DNA of 64,000 bases, taken from contig JACOWZ010000003.1 of assembly GCA_016176525.1 (NCBI GenBank), positions 128,001-192,000 on the forward strand. The letters are read 5' to 3'. The DNA comes from Candidatus Colwellbacteria bacterium. Its GTDB lineage: Bacteria > Patescibacteriota > Minisyncoccia > UBA6257 > Colwellbacteraceae. The notes beneath the pieces were generated by a model. That model saw only the letters and a list, made by a program, of their open reading frames with translations. It did not search any database and was not told where the DNA came from. Shown in pieces: positions 17,240 through 25,834 of the stretch (its first letter is position 1; each line of letters starts with the position of its first letter). The translations under genes were made by a program, and so were the position numbers.

Positions 17240-17881
17240 ATGAATGGAATGGAACTCGTGAGAACACTGCCGGTTTTAAAGCCGGTTGGAGTGCAGTTCC
17301 AAAAAGACACACTTGGGCAAGAAGAACTGCACCAAAACCTAAGGCATCTAGAAGATGCCGGTGTACCAGATACCGCCGTTAAAGTTGCCGAAACCAAAAA
17401 AGGCAGAGCTATAAGAGTTACGCTCTTAAACGGCATAGATGCACATGGATTGCAGAAAGACAATTCGTGGAAGCTGGGCGTAATCTTAGAGCTAGTGAGA
17501 AGCAAAGACCCGGACGAAAATTACGGAATCGGCCTTGCAGCCGTATACAGGATTCCGTTTGAGTATATCCAGGCACTTTGTTTACACCACAACGGAACCC
17601 GCAAATGGATAGCGCAGCTTAAGCGCAGCAACGCTTATGTTGTGCGAGCAAAAAAAGACGGCACATTAAACTTCTTCCACATTGATGCAAACTTTCCAGA
17701 TGGAAAGGTAAACGCTTTTTTGGAAGAAGACGAAGAACGCAGCCGAACTGATTATGCAGAAAGGCCACAACTCTTTACTGCTTTCGGCTTCGCTTTTCAG
17801 AACATGCAAACGAGACTGCCGGAACAATGGCAGCAATTTAGCCGCAACGGGCAGGCAAAAAGCTCTAGTGAAATTCACTAG
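17240..17881 (+). CDS. Hypothetical protein
   Basis: 213-aa ORF; TTGACA-17-TAAAAA at 17174-17202; GGGAG RBS. Confidence 0.7.
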   Translation: MNGMELVRTLPVLKPVGVQFQKDTLGQEELHQNLRHLEDAGVPDTAVKVAETKKGRAIRVTLLNGIDAHGLQKDNSWKLGVILELVRSKDPDENYGIGLAAVYRIPFEYIQALCLHHNGTRKWIAQLKRSNAYVVRAKKDGTLNFFHIDANFPDGKVNAFLEEDEERSRTDYAERPQLFTAFGFAFQNMQTRLPEQWQQFSRNGQAKSSSEIH

Positions 17882-17927
17882 AGCAATTTTTGTTTTGTAT
17901 TTGATGAAATATTCTAAATAGATAACG

Positions 17928-18527
17928 TTATAGACTAGATTGTTTATCTGCGATTCTCTTTTTAAGATCCGCTATTCTCAACTCCCTGGTGATCATATTT
18001 TTATTGAACTCCTTCAACTTGCTATTTTTCATAGAAATTTCCTTATAAACAGTCTCTAAAGATAAGGTTTCTGTGACTAATTCTTTTTCTATTTTCTTAA
18101 CGCCATCAACTTGCCTAGAAAGCTCTTTGTTTATTTCTCTGAGTTTTGTAGGACTAATTAGTTTTAACATAGAAGGAACGGCAACCGCATATGCGACAAA
18201 TGATGCAAAAGATATAAGACCCGTGCCGAGATCAATCGTACCGGCGAGATAATACGCCGGATAAAAAAATACTAAGGCGTTAATAAAATGGCTGGTGCTG
18301 CACCAAACCCCAAAGACGGTAATAACCAAAAAGACCCATCTAAAAGAGAAATCCTTCCTTTTGATATAGATATAAAAAAGCTCGGCTGGAATAACAAGAT
18401 AAGTGATGCCGATTAAAATATTGGCAATTATAAGCGTCCACATCAGCCCGATATTATTTGGAATAAAATGCGCACTGTGAGGCTCGAACCCGCCGGAGTT
18501 TAATATTAGATTAATAAAATCAAGCAT
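17928..18527 (-). CDS. Ethylene-receptor-like membrane domain plus coiled coil, no kinase
   Basis: ITYLVIPAELFY...FRWVF...WCSTSHF matches the ETR1 TM1-TM2 pattern; tail MITRELRI. Confidence 0.75.
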   Translation of the reverse strand: MLDFINLILNSGGFEPHSAHFIPNNIGLMWTLIIANILIGITYLVIPAELFYIYIKRKDFSFRWVFLVITVFGVWCSTSHFINALVFFYPAYYLAGTIDLGTGLISFASFVAYAVAVPSMLKLISPTKLREINKELSRQVDGVKKIEKELVTETLSLETVYKEISMKNSKLKEFNKNMITRELRIADLKKRIADKQSSL

Positions 18528-19116
18528 GTTTGTTGTCTATATCAACCAATTGGGCTTCTAATTCTTTGACGGCGCTATCGCGATTCGCCATGATTCTATT
18601 AAAATTTTCCAATTCCTCGTTTTTCAATATCAAATTCTCGCTGGCTTTTTTGAGCTCTTCTTTCTTTACCGCAAGTTCTCCTAATTTAGACTCTCGACTT
18701 TTAATTTCATCAGAGAGAGATTTGTTGGCTTGCTGCATTTGTTCCGGGCTTACCAAACTAACAATGATAGGCAAGAAGTAAAGCATAGCTACCGCGGTCG
18801 CGGCCGAAACCAAAAAAGTTACGACGCTGATTATCGCCTGCAGATAATATGCCGGATACCAGAAGATAAGAACATGCATTAAATGGGTAAGGCCGCATAA
18901 GAAGATAAAAGCCCCGAAAAGCAAAACCATCCAGTTCAGATACAAATCCCTTCTTTTTCTAACGAAATATATGATTACAACCGGGATTAAGAGATAAGCC
19001 AAGAAACTGAAGGCATTCCCATACACCGACAGATCCATTGCAATCGGAGTATCAAAAAAGTGTGCTCTATGAGGTTCAAAAACAGAACCATCAAAAATTA
19101 ATTTAAGAAAGTCCAT
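18520..19116 (-). CDS. Ethylene-receptor-like membrane domain plus coiled coil, no kinase
   Basis: LAYLLIPVVIIYFV...FGAFIFLCGLTHL versus ETR1 FGAFIVLCGATHL; start placed at ATG 19116 by paralog alignment. Confidence 0.8.
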   Translation of the reverse strand: MDFLKLIFDGSVFEPHRAHFFDTPIAMDLSVYGNAFSFLAYLLIPVVIIYFVRKRRDLYLNWMVLLFGAFIFLCGLTHLMHVLIFWYPAYYLQAIISVVTFLVSAATAVAMLYFLPIIVSLVSPEQMQQANKSLSDEIKSRESKLGELAVKKEELKKASENLILKNEELENFNRIMANRDSAVKELEAQLVDIDNKHA

Positions 19117-19275
19117 AGTAGAATACACAAAAAAATTATACCACGCGCTATTTAATAACAATCTAAAAAACACAACAGAAATCCGGTTTTGAATAATTTC
19201 CTATTCACCCCGACGCTACGTCGGGGCAAGCGGGAAACTCCCGTTTCCCGATCCCTTCCCAGTTCGATTCCCTAT

Positions 19276-19315
19276 AAATATAGAAACTTCACAATTATGT
19301 GAAGTTTCTATATTT
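19276..19315 (-). terminator. 18-bp perfect hairpin downstream of tRNA-Glu
   Basis: AAATATAGAAACTTCACA-ATTA-TGTGAAGTTTCTATATTT. Confidence 0.7.
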
Positions 19316-19318
19316 CAG

Positions 19319-19390
19319 TAGTCCCAAGGGGAATCGAACCCCTATTTGCGCCGTGAAAGGGCGCTGTCCTAGCCGTTAGACGATGAGACC
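19319..19390 (-). tRNA. tRNA-Glu(TTC)
   Basis: GCGCC-CTTTCAC-GGCGC arm; TAGACA-17-TACGAT promoter upstream. Confidence 0.93.
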
Positions 19391-19442
19391 TTACGCATTG
19401 AATCGTATATAAAAATATTTTGTTTGTCTATTATAAAAATAA

Positions 19443-20097
19443 TAGCCGGGTAGGATGCGCGCAAAGCTCTCCTCCCGGCTTTTGTGATAGGGATGCACTC
19501 ATCTTGCGGTTGCAAGACCCTCATAGTTCGCCCAAGATTCTATCGGAGCATGTACACGTTGCCGATTACTCTGTCATCTCCGAAGAGACGACGGTGGTAG
19601 CTCTTGGTTTTTATTTTTGAGGTGTCCAGCGTGTTGTGCTGGATTTAAGGCCCTGTGATTCCGGCTCGGATTAATCCTGTTGCTACTCCCTTCGGATTTA
19701 CAACAAGATTCACACCAAGCATTTGCCCTTGCTCCGCTGCTGACGGATGGGCCGCCTTTATCTTGATCTGCGATTGGGTAATTCTGCTAGCATGCTTCCT
19801 TTTACCCTATTTCGCACGTCGCTTCCAAAGCTGCTTCAAGGTTTAACCCGGAGGGTTGCTCCTTGGAGCCGCATAGCGTGGCGCTTTTAGCTTTAGCCTT
19901 TCGGCTTTGGCTTTTGGGCGTTGTTGCGCTATGGGTAGCGGCGCTTAATCAAGATTCAGCCAGGTTCGGACCTTAGACCTATCGGTCGGGTTCTTGCCTG
20001 GGTTCCCGTTCTTCTAAGTATTTTTTAGGTACTTAGGAAACGGGTTAGGCTACGGATGTCACTGTGATGTTAGGTGCTTTCGCTCTCTATCGGTACT
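19443..20097 (-). ncRNA. Candidate large structured ncRNA (~650 nt), class unknown, strand uncertain
   Basis: At least 10 stems including nested long-range helices; GAAA and UUCG loops on the minus strand; TTGACA-16-TAATAT at 20129-20102; no credible ORF. Confidence 0.6.
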
Positions 20098-20267
20098 CAC
20101 TATATTACTCTCGCTAAAAAAGCTGTCAATACCCCCAAAATCGCGAAAAATAGGGCTTTTTACCCTATAAAATGAATAACTTGTTTAGAACCCTGTGGAA
20201 AATTTGTGGAAAAATCGGCACTTTTTGGCTTTGCTTTCCATGAGAATCCAATTAACATATAGCTACT

Positions 20268-21296
20268 ATGCGGATTTTAGCAATAGAAACATCTTGCGAC
20301 GAGAGTGCAATAGCGTTGGTTGAGGCGACTGGAACTCTAATCAGGAATCCCCGCTTCAACGTGCTCGCTAACCTAATATCGTCTCAAGTAAAAGTACATC
20401 GCCCATTCGGCGGCGTAGTGCCAAACTTAGCAAAAAGAGAACATATTAAAAATTTGCCTCTGCTTCTACAGCAACTAGAAACTAAAAACTTAAAACTAGA
20501 AACCATTGACTTAATCGTAGTCACTGTAGGCCCTGGGCTTGAACCGGCGCTTTGGACAGGAATAAACTTTGCCGAAGATTTAGCTAAGAAACTAGAGAAA
20601 TCCATCTTGGGAGTAAATCACCTAGAAGGACACCTCTACAGCTTTTTATTGGAGCAAAAAGCTGGCTTACAGTTTCCGGCAATGGTGTTGTCTGTAAGTG
20701 GAGGACACACTATGTTAATTCATTTGGAAAAGCTCGGGCAAGCTAAAAAAATAGGCGAAACGCGCGACGACGCCGCAGGCGAGGCGTTTGATAAAGTTGC
20801 CCGCCTTCTTGGTTTGCCCTACCCCGGCGGGCCGGAGATTGAAAAATTAGCTAAAAAAGGCGACGAAAACGCAATAGATTTTCCGCGCCCGATGATACAC
20901 CAAAAGAACTTTGACTTTAGCTTCTCCGGCATAAAAACATCTGTTCTTTATTATATTAGAGACTTAAAACTGAAAACTTTAAACTTAAAACAAAAGGCGG
21001 ATATAGCCGCGAGCTTTCAGAAAGCGGTTTCAGAAACGCTTGTTGCAAAAACAATACGCGCTGCAGAAGAATTTGGAGTAAAATCAATTGCCCTTGTGGG
21101 AGGCGTTTCGGCAAATAAATATTTAACTAAAAAAATGGAAAAGGCAGCCAAGAATATTGGACTCGCATTTACCTCGCCACAGCTCCAATTCAATACCGAC
21201 AACGCCGCAATGATAGCCGCAGCGGCCTACATTAATACTTTAAAAAAGAAAAAAATAAAAAATAAAATTGAGGCAAATTCTAATTTAAATTTGTAA
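20268..21296 (+). CDS. tsaD: tRNA t6A threonylcarbamoyltransferase
   Basis: IETSCDE, HLEGH, SGGHT, DDAAGEAFDK, DNAAMI. Confidence 0.97.
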   Translation: MRILAIETSCDESAIALVEATGTLIRNPRFNVLANLISSQVKVHRPFGGVVPNLAKREHIKNLPLLLQQLETKNLKLETIDLIVVTVGPGLEPALWTGINFAEDLAKKLEKSILGVNHLEGHLYSFLLEQKAGLQFPAMVLSVSGGHTMLIHLEKLGQAKKIGETRDDAAGEAFDKVARLLGLPYPGGPEIEKLAKKGDENAIDFPRPMIHQKNFDFSFSGIKTSVLYYIRDLKLKTLNLKQKADIAASFQKAVSETLVAKTIRAAEEFGVKSIALVGGVSANKYLTKKMEKAAKNIGLAFTSPQLQFNTDNAAMIAAAAYINTLKKKKIKNKIEANSNLNL

Positions 21297-21313
21297 TAAA
21301 AAACCCAACTATT

Positions 21314-21952
21314 TTAGTTAGGTTTGGCGATTACTACAGTTCCCTCGACGCGAAGCTGCTGCTCCGGTATCACAAAGGCATTTATGTAGACTGGGCCTTG
21401 AATTACCTGAATCGTAGGAAGTGGTATCACCCAGAGCCACGAAGTCTCGTTTCTGCCTATCGGCTGCACTGGACCAATAAGCGCGAGAGGCGAACGACCC
21501 TTGGGCCAATCAGAGATCAATCTCCAGTCGGTCGAACCATCGGTCGCATTAATAGACTTGGCCCAAATACTTAGACCAAATCGTTCCGTGGTTGGAGAAA
21601 CCGCGCTCCATGTCATTGTAAAGTTCGCCTGGGTTATGTTCCCTAAAGGAAGCTCCAGTGACGGATTGGCGGTTTGCCCAAAAACGCTGCTGGTGCTAAA
21701 ACACTCGACCACCAAACAGCCAGCCACATAGGTCTGCATTTTTGCATCCCAGGGCCCAACCTCAATTGTTTTAGTCGAAGTTTCATTATCCTTGGTTGTT
21801 GAGTCTGCGTTAGCCGTGGCCGACACCGAAGTTACAGCCGCAACAACATTTTCCGAGCCGTTTTCTGAGCCGGAGAATTCATCATTGCCGCCTACGCACC
21901 CGGAAAGAGAAAGCGCAGCTGCGATAACTACGGTCACTGCTTGTTTTGTCAT
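21314..21952 (-). CDS. Hypothetical lipoprotein
   Basis: LSGC lipobox after a hydrophobic stretch; TTGACA-17-TACCCT at 22017-21989. Confidence 0.65.
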   Translation of the reverse strand: MTKQAVTVVIAAALSLSGCVGGNDEFSGSENGSENVVAAVTSVSATANADSTTKDNETSTKTIEVGPWDAKMQTYVAGCLVVECFSTSSVFGQTANPSLELPLGNITQANFTMTWSAVSPTTERFGLSIWAKSINATDGSTDWRLISDWPKGRSPLALIGPVQPIGRNETSWLWVIPLPTIQVIQGPVYINAFVIPEQQLRVEGTVVIAKPN

Positions 21953-22075
21953 TTTTCATCGTATCCTTGTTCTAAAAGAGCTGAAATTAGGGTATTAAAC
22001 CGACTGGCGCGTGTCAACCCCTGAAGATTTTGATTTTTAATTTTTAAACCTTACACTTTGTATACAGATAAAGAT

Positions 22076-24181
22076 ATGGAATCCCGCTACGATTTTAAAG
22101 TAATAGAAGAGAAAAATTACAAACTTTGGGAAAAGTCGGGTTTTTTTAATCCGGATAAACTCCCCGCTTCGCACAAAAAACCCTTCACAATAATAATGCC
22201 TCCGCCAAATGCAAATGGGCGGCTCCATGCCGGGCACGCACTCTTTATTACGCTTCAAGACATTGTCACCCGCTATAAACGTATGCGCGGTTATAAAGCC
22301 CTATGGGCTCCGGGCGCAGACCATGCAGGCTTTGAAACGCAAATTGTTTATGAAAAGAAATTAGAAAAAGAGGGGCGCTCTCGTTTTAAAATGACTCCGG
22401 ACGAACTCTTTAAAGAAATTATGGCCTTTACGCTTGAAAACAAAAAATATATGGAGGAAGACGTCCGTAAGCTTGGAGCCTCCTGCGACTGGTCAAGAGA
22501 AAAATTCACTCTTGATAAAGATGTGATTAAAGAAACTCAAAATACATTTAAGAAGATGTATGACGACGGATTGGTCTACCGCGGCAACCGCATTGTTAAT
22601 TGGTGCCCAAAACACCAAACATCACTATCTGACGTAGAAACCGAAAGCGTTGAAGAAAAATCTAAGCTTTATTACCTAAAATACGGCCCATTTACAATAG
22701 CAACCGCAAGGCCAGAGACAAAATTTGCAGATAAATATGTAGTAATGCACCCTAGCGACGCGCGTTACAAAAAATGGAAAGACGGCGACAAAATTGAAGT
22801 TAACTGGTTGAACGGCAAGGTAACAGCAACTATTATCAAAGATCCGGTTATAGATATGGACTTCGGAACCGGGGTTATGACTATGACACCATGGCACTCG
22901 CAAGTTGACTTTGATATAGCAGAAAAACACAAACTTGATATAGAACAAATTATAGACTGGAGAGGTAAACTACTGCCTATAGCCCACGAATTTGAAGGAA
23001 TGAAAATCGGCGAGGCGCGAGAGAAAATTGTAGAAAAACTAGAAAAGATGGGGCTAGTAGAGAAGATAGATGAAAATTACAGCAACGTTCTAAAAAAATG
23101 CTACAAGTGCTTAAACCCAATAGAGCCGCAGGTTCGCCCGCAATGGTTTGTAAAAATGAAGCCGCTCGCAGAGCTTGCCATAAAGGCAGTGAAATCAGGA
23201 GAGGTTAAATTTATCCCAGAAAACTACGAGAAAATTTTCTTGTACTGGATGGAAAACACAATTGACTGGAATATATCTCGTCAAATTGTGTGGGGTATAA
23301 AAATTCCTGCGAAGATTTGCGACAAATGCGGCAACGGAATTCCTGATTTAGAAGATAAATTATCTCAATGTGAAAATTGCAGCGGTGAACTGCGCGAAGA
23401 CAGCGACACATTTGACACCTGGTTTTCGTCCGGGCAATGGCCACTACTCGTTTTAGGCTACCCGAATGGAAAAGACTTTAAAAAATATTATCCAACTGAT
23501 GTTATGGAAACCGGGCACGATTTGATATTTAAATGGGTTCCGCGAATGGTAATATTCGGGCTCTATCTTACAAAAAAAGTTCCATTCCACACAGTTTATC
23601 TGCATGGACTTGTAAATGACGCCCAGGGCAGAAAAATGAGCAAGAGTAAAGGGAATGTTATAAATCCAATTGAACTTACGGAAAAATATGGAGTAGACGC
23701 GCTGCGTATGGCGCTTATCGTTGGCAACACCCCGGGAACTGATTTAGCTCTTTCAGAAGATAAAATCCGCGGTTACAGAAACTTTGGTACAAAAATTTGG
23801 AATATAGCACGGTTTATAATATCAAACCTAAAAGATAGTGATATAAAACCGAAGCTTTCCCAAGAAGACAAAAAGAATTTAAAAGAGCTGGAAGATGTAA
23901 AAGCTAAAATAACAAAATTAATTGATAAATATGACTTTAATCAGTCTTCTTATGAGATTTACCACTATGTCTGGCACACTTTTGCGGACAAAATTATTGA
24001 AAGTTATAAGCCGAGGCTTGCCGCAGAAGAGAGTGCAGGCCGCGCAGCAGCCCAAGAAACACTGTTAAAAATACTGGAGGGCTCTTTAAAAATGCTCCAC
24101 CCGTTTGTGCCGTTTGTTACAGAAGAAATCTGGAGCAAGCTGCCTGATAGGAAAAACCCTATTATAATAGAAAGGTGGTAA
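22076..24181 (+). CDS. valS: Valyl-tRNA synthetase, short form without the C-terminal coiled coil
   Basis: PPPNANGRLHAGH (HIGH), KMSKS, DWNISRQ, DTWFSS. Confidence 0.95.
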   Translation: MESRYDFKVIEEKNYKLWEKSGFFNPDKLPASHKKPFTIIMPPPNANGRLHAGHALFITLQDIVTRYKRMRGYKALWAPGADHAGFETQIVYEKKLEKEGRSRFKMTPDELFKEIMAFTLENKKYMEEDVRKLGASCDWSREKFTLDKDVIKETQNTFKKMYDDGLVYRGNRIVNWCPKHQTSLSDVETESVEEKSKLYYLKYGPFTIATARPETKFADKYVVMHPSDARYKKWKDGDKIEVNWLNGKVTATIIKDPVIDMDFGTGVMTMTPWHSQVDFDIAEKHKLDIEQIIDWRGKLLPIAHEFEGMKIGEAREKIVEKLEKMGLVEKIDENYSNVLKKCYKCLNPIEPQVRPQWFVKMKPLAELAIKAVKSGEVKFIPENYEKIFLYWMENTIDWNISRQIVWGIKIPAKICDKCGNGIPDLEDKLSQCENCSGELREDSDTFDTWFSSGQWPLLVLGYPNGKDFKKYYPTDVMETGHDLIFKWVPRMVIFGLYLTKKVPFHTVYLHGLVNDAQGRKMSKSKGNVINPIELTEKYGVDALRMALIVGNTPGTDLALSEDKIRGYRNFGTKIWNIARFIISNLKDSDIKPKLSQEDKKNLKELEDVKAKITKLIDKYDFNQSSYEIYHYVWHTFADKIIESYKPRLAAEESAGRAAAQETLLKILEGSLKMLHPFVPFVTEEIWSKLPDRKNPIIIERW

Positions 24182-24846
24182 ACGCTTATACAATTTGGGT
24201 TGCAATATTCGCGGTTATACCGCCTATACTTTGGCTCTTATTCTTTTTGCGGCAAGATAAGCTAAAACCCGAACCGCCGTGGGTACTCTCTAGAGTTTTT
24301 ATTGCAGGCGCAGTTTCCGCTTGGCTTGCCGGAATTCTGCAACTATATCTTATTGCCCGCTACCCGCAATTTAATGGGCTTCTCTCTGCAAGCTTATTCA
24401 CACTCCAACCTATAATTTTGGTTGGGCTTATAGGCCTTGCTTTTATTGAAGAGGTATTTAAATTCGTAGCAGTGTATATCACTGCCTCAAAAAGCAAATA
24501 CTTTGATGAATCAATAGACAGAATGATTTATATGATAACCGGCTCTTTGGGGTTTGCCGCGTTTGAGAATATTTTATATCTGCTCTCCGCAGGCGAGAGC
24601 TTTGTAAGCGTAAACATTTTTAGGGCAATCGGGGCAATACTCTTGCACGCCGTGGCCGGTGGATTTATCGGCTACTACTGGTCAAAAGGCAAAATAATTT
24701 TAGGCATAGTGCTTGCTGTTATAATCCATGCACTTTTCAATTATCTGCTGATTTATTCCGGCAACACGCTATATGCCGTAATGGCACTCACAATCTTTGC
24801 GCTTTTACTCTTTAAGGATTTTGCTATAATTAGAAGAAATGTATAA
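24175..24846 (+). CDS. prsW: PrsW-family intramembrane metalloprotease
   Basis: EPP, EEVFK, FAAFEN, LHA, IHALFN motifs. Confidence 0.85.
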   Translation: MVNAYTIWVAIFAVIPPILWLLFFLRQDKLKPEPPWVLSRVFIAGAVSAWLAGILQLYLIARYPQFNGLLSASLFTLQPIILVGLIGLAFIEEVFKFVAVYITASKSKYFDESIDRMIYMITGSLGFAAFENILYLLSAGESFVSVNIFRAIGAILLHAVAGGFIGYYWSKGKIILGIVLAVIIHALFNYLLIYSGNTLYAVMALTIFALLLFKDFAIIRRNV

Positions 24847-25210
24847 CGAAGAGAGTTTAGAGAAAATAACTGATGAAGGCGAGGGCCAGTTGGCGGTTGA
24901 TGTCTACCAAACGCCAAATGAAATTATAATTGAGTCCACTATTGCAGGCGTAAAGCCGGACGACATAGAAGTTGATGTAACAGGAGAGTCTGTAACAATA
25001 CGCGGGGAGCGCCACCAAGAAGACACAATAGACGAGAGTGACTATTTCTACCGCGAGTGTTTTTGGGGCAGGTTTTCGCGCTCAATAATACTGCCGCAAG
25101 AGGTAGACCCAGAAAAAGCGCATTCAACTCTAAAAAATGGCGTGCTTACAATTAAGCTGCCAAAAATCTATAGGGGTTCTTCGCGCAAAATCAAAGTAAA
25201 AGCTGAATAA
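24839..25210 (+). CDS. Hsp20/alpha-crystallin small heat shock protein
   Basis: VDVYQT...GVK...FSRSIILP...NGVLTIKLPK. Confidence 0.92.
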   Translation: MYNEESLEKITDEGEGQLAVDVYQTPNEIIIESTIAGVKPDDIEVDVTGESVTIRGERHQEDTIDESDYFYRECFWGRFSRSIILPQEVDPEKAHSTLKNGVLTIKLPKIYRGSSRKIKVKAE

Positions 25211-25218
25211 AAAACGAA

Positions 25219-25815
25219 TTAATCGGCAATACTAAACTCAATACTCGGATTGAGGGTTTTAATCTTTTCTACCGGAATTACATAAGCGGACTCAGGCTGG
25301 GTGATTAAAACAGACAATCCATCCATCTTTTCTCCCAGATTCATAAGCTTAGAAAGAAAATCAGTAATTCTTTTTTCTTCGTTATACAGCAAAAAAGCCA
25401 TTACAGAGTCAACAAACAAAAACTTTTTCTCGGATTTTATATTATTTATAGCTTCGGTGGCGCATTTATAGATATCATCCAGAGAAAACGGCCCTTCAAC
25501 AAAATCAACCCCATTTATATTGGTAACACCCTTTTCTGCAACTCCGTATGACACGGAAATTGCGTCAATTACCATAATATTGTCCGCCCAATGGATGCCG
25601 CGATCTTTTATCTGTTGCATAAACTCCGTGGCGCTTTTGAACGCGCTTAATAAAACACCTTTATAGCCCATAGAGATAAGTTCGGAGAGAACCCTGGAGG
25701 TTATTTCAAAATCGTCTCGGAGCGCGGCCTTTATAGTAATGATTCTTGGATTTTGAACCAAGGCTTTTTGAAGCTCAGACTCTATTTCCTTCTTTTTAAT
25801 TGCCTTCTGTAACAT
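25219..25815 (-). CDS. Degenerate RecA/KaiC-fold protein with no Walker A
   Basis: Walker-B-like FLFVDS(V)xxxLLYN and IDAIS; adjacent to a KaiC-like gene. Confidence 0.6.
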   Translation of the reverse strand: MLQKAIKKKEIESELQKALVQNPRIITIKAALRDDFEITSRVLSELISMGYKGVLLSAFKSATEFMQQIKDRGIHWADNIMVIDAISVSYGVAEKGVTNINGVDFVEGPFSLDDIYKCATEAINNIKSEKKFLFVDSVMAFLLYNEEKRITDFLSKLMNLGEKMDGLSVLITQPESAYVIPVEKIKTLNPSIEFSIAD

Positions 25816-25834
25816 TAATACTCTTATTTGCCGC

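Noticed and set aside
19420-19846. Two short ORFs (66 and 63 aa) in the structured region
   Set aside because: TTG/GTG starts, no RBS, no recognisable motifs; the base-pairing pattern is better explained by RNA structure.
19443-20097. RNase P, tmRNA, SRP RNA or self-splicing intron as the identity of the large structured region
   Set aside because: No GAGGAAAGTCC P4 strand, no tRNA-like ends, no SRP GGAA loop motif, no group II domain V, and no interrupted host gene.
16207-20213. DnaA-box-like 9-mers (TTATCCACA at 16207; TGTGGAAAA twice near 20194-20213) as oriC
   Set aside because: Too few and scattered, with no dnaA or dnaN nearby; at most regulatory sites.
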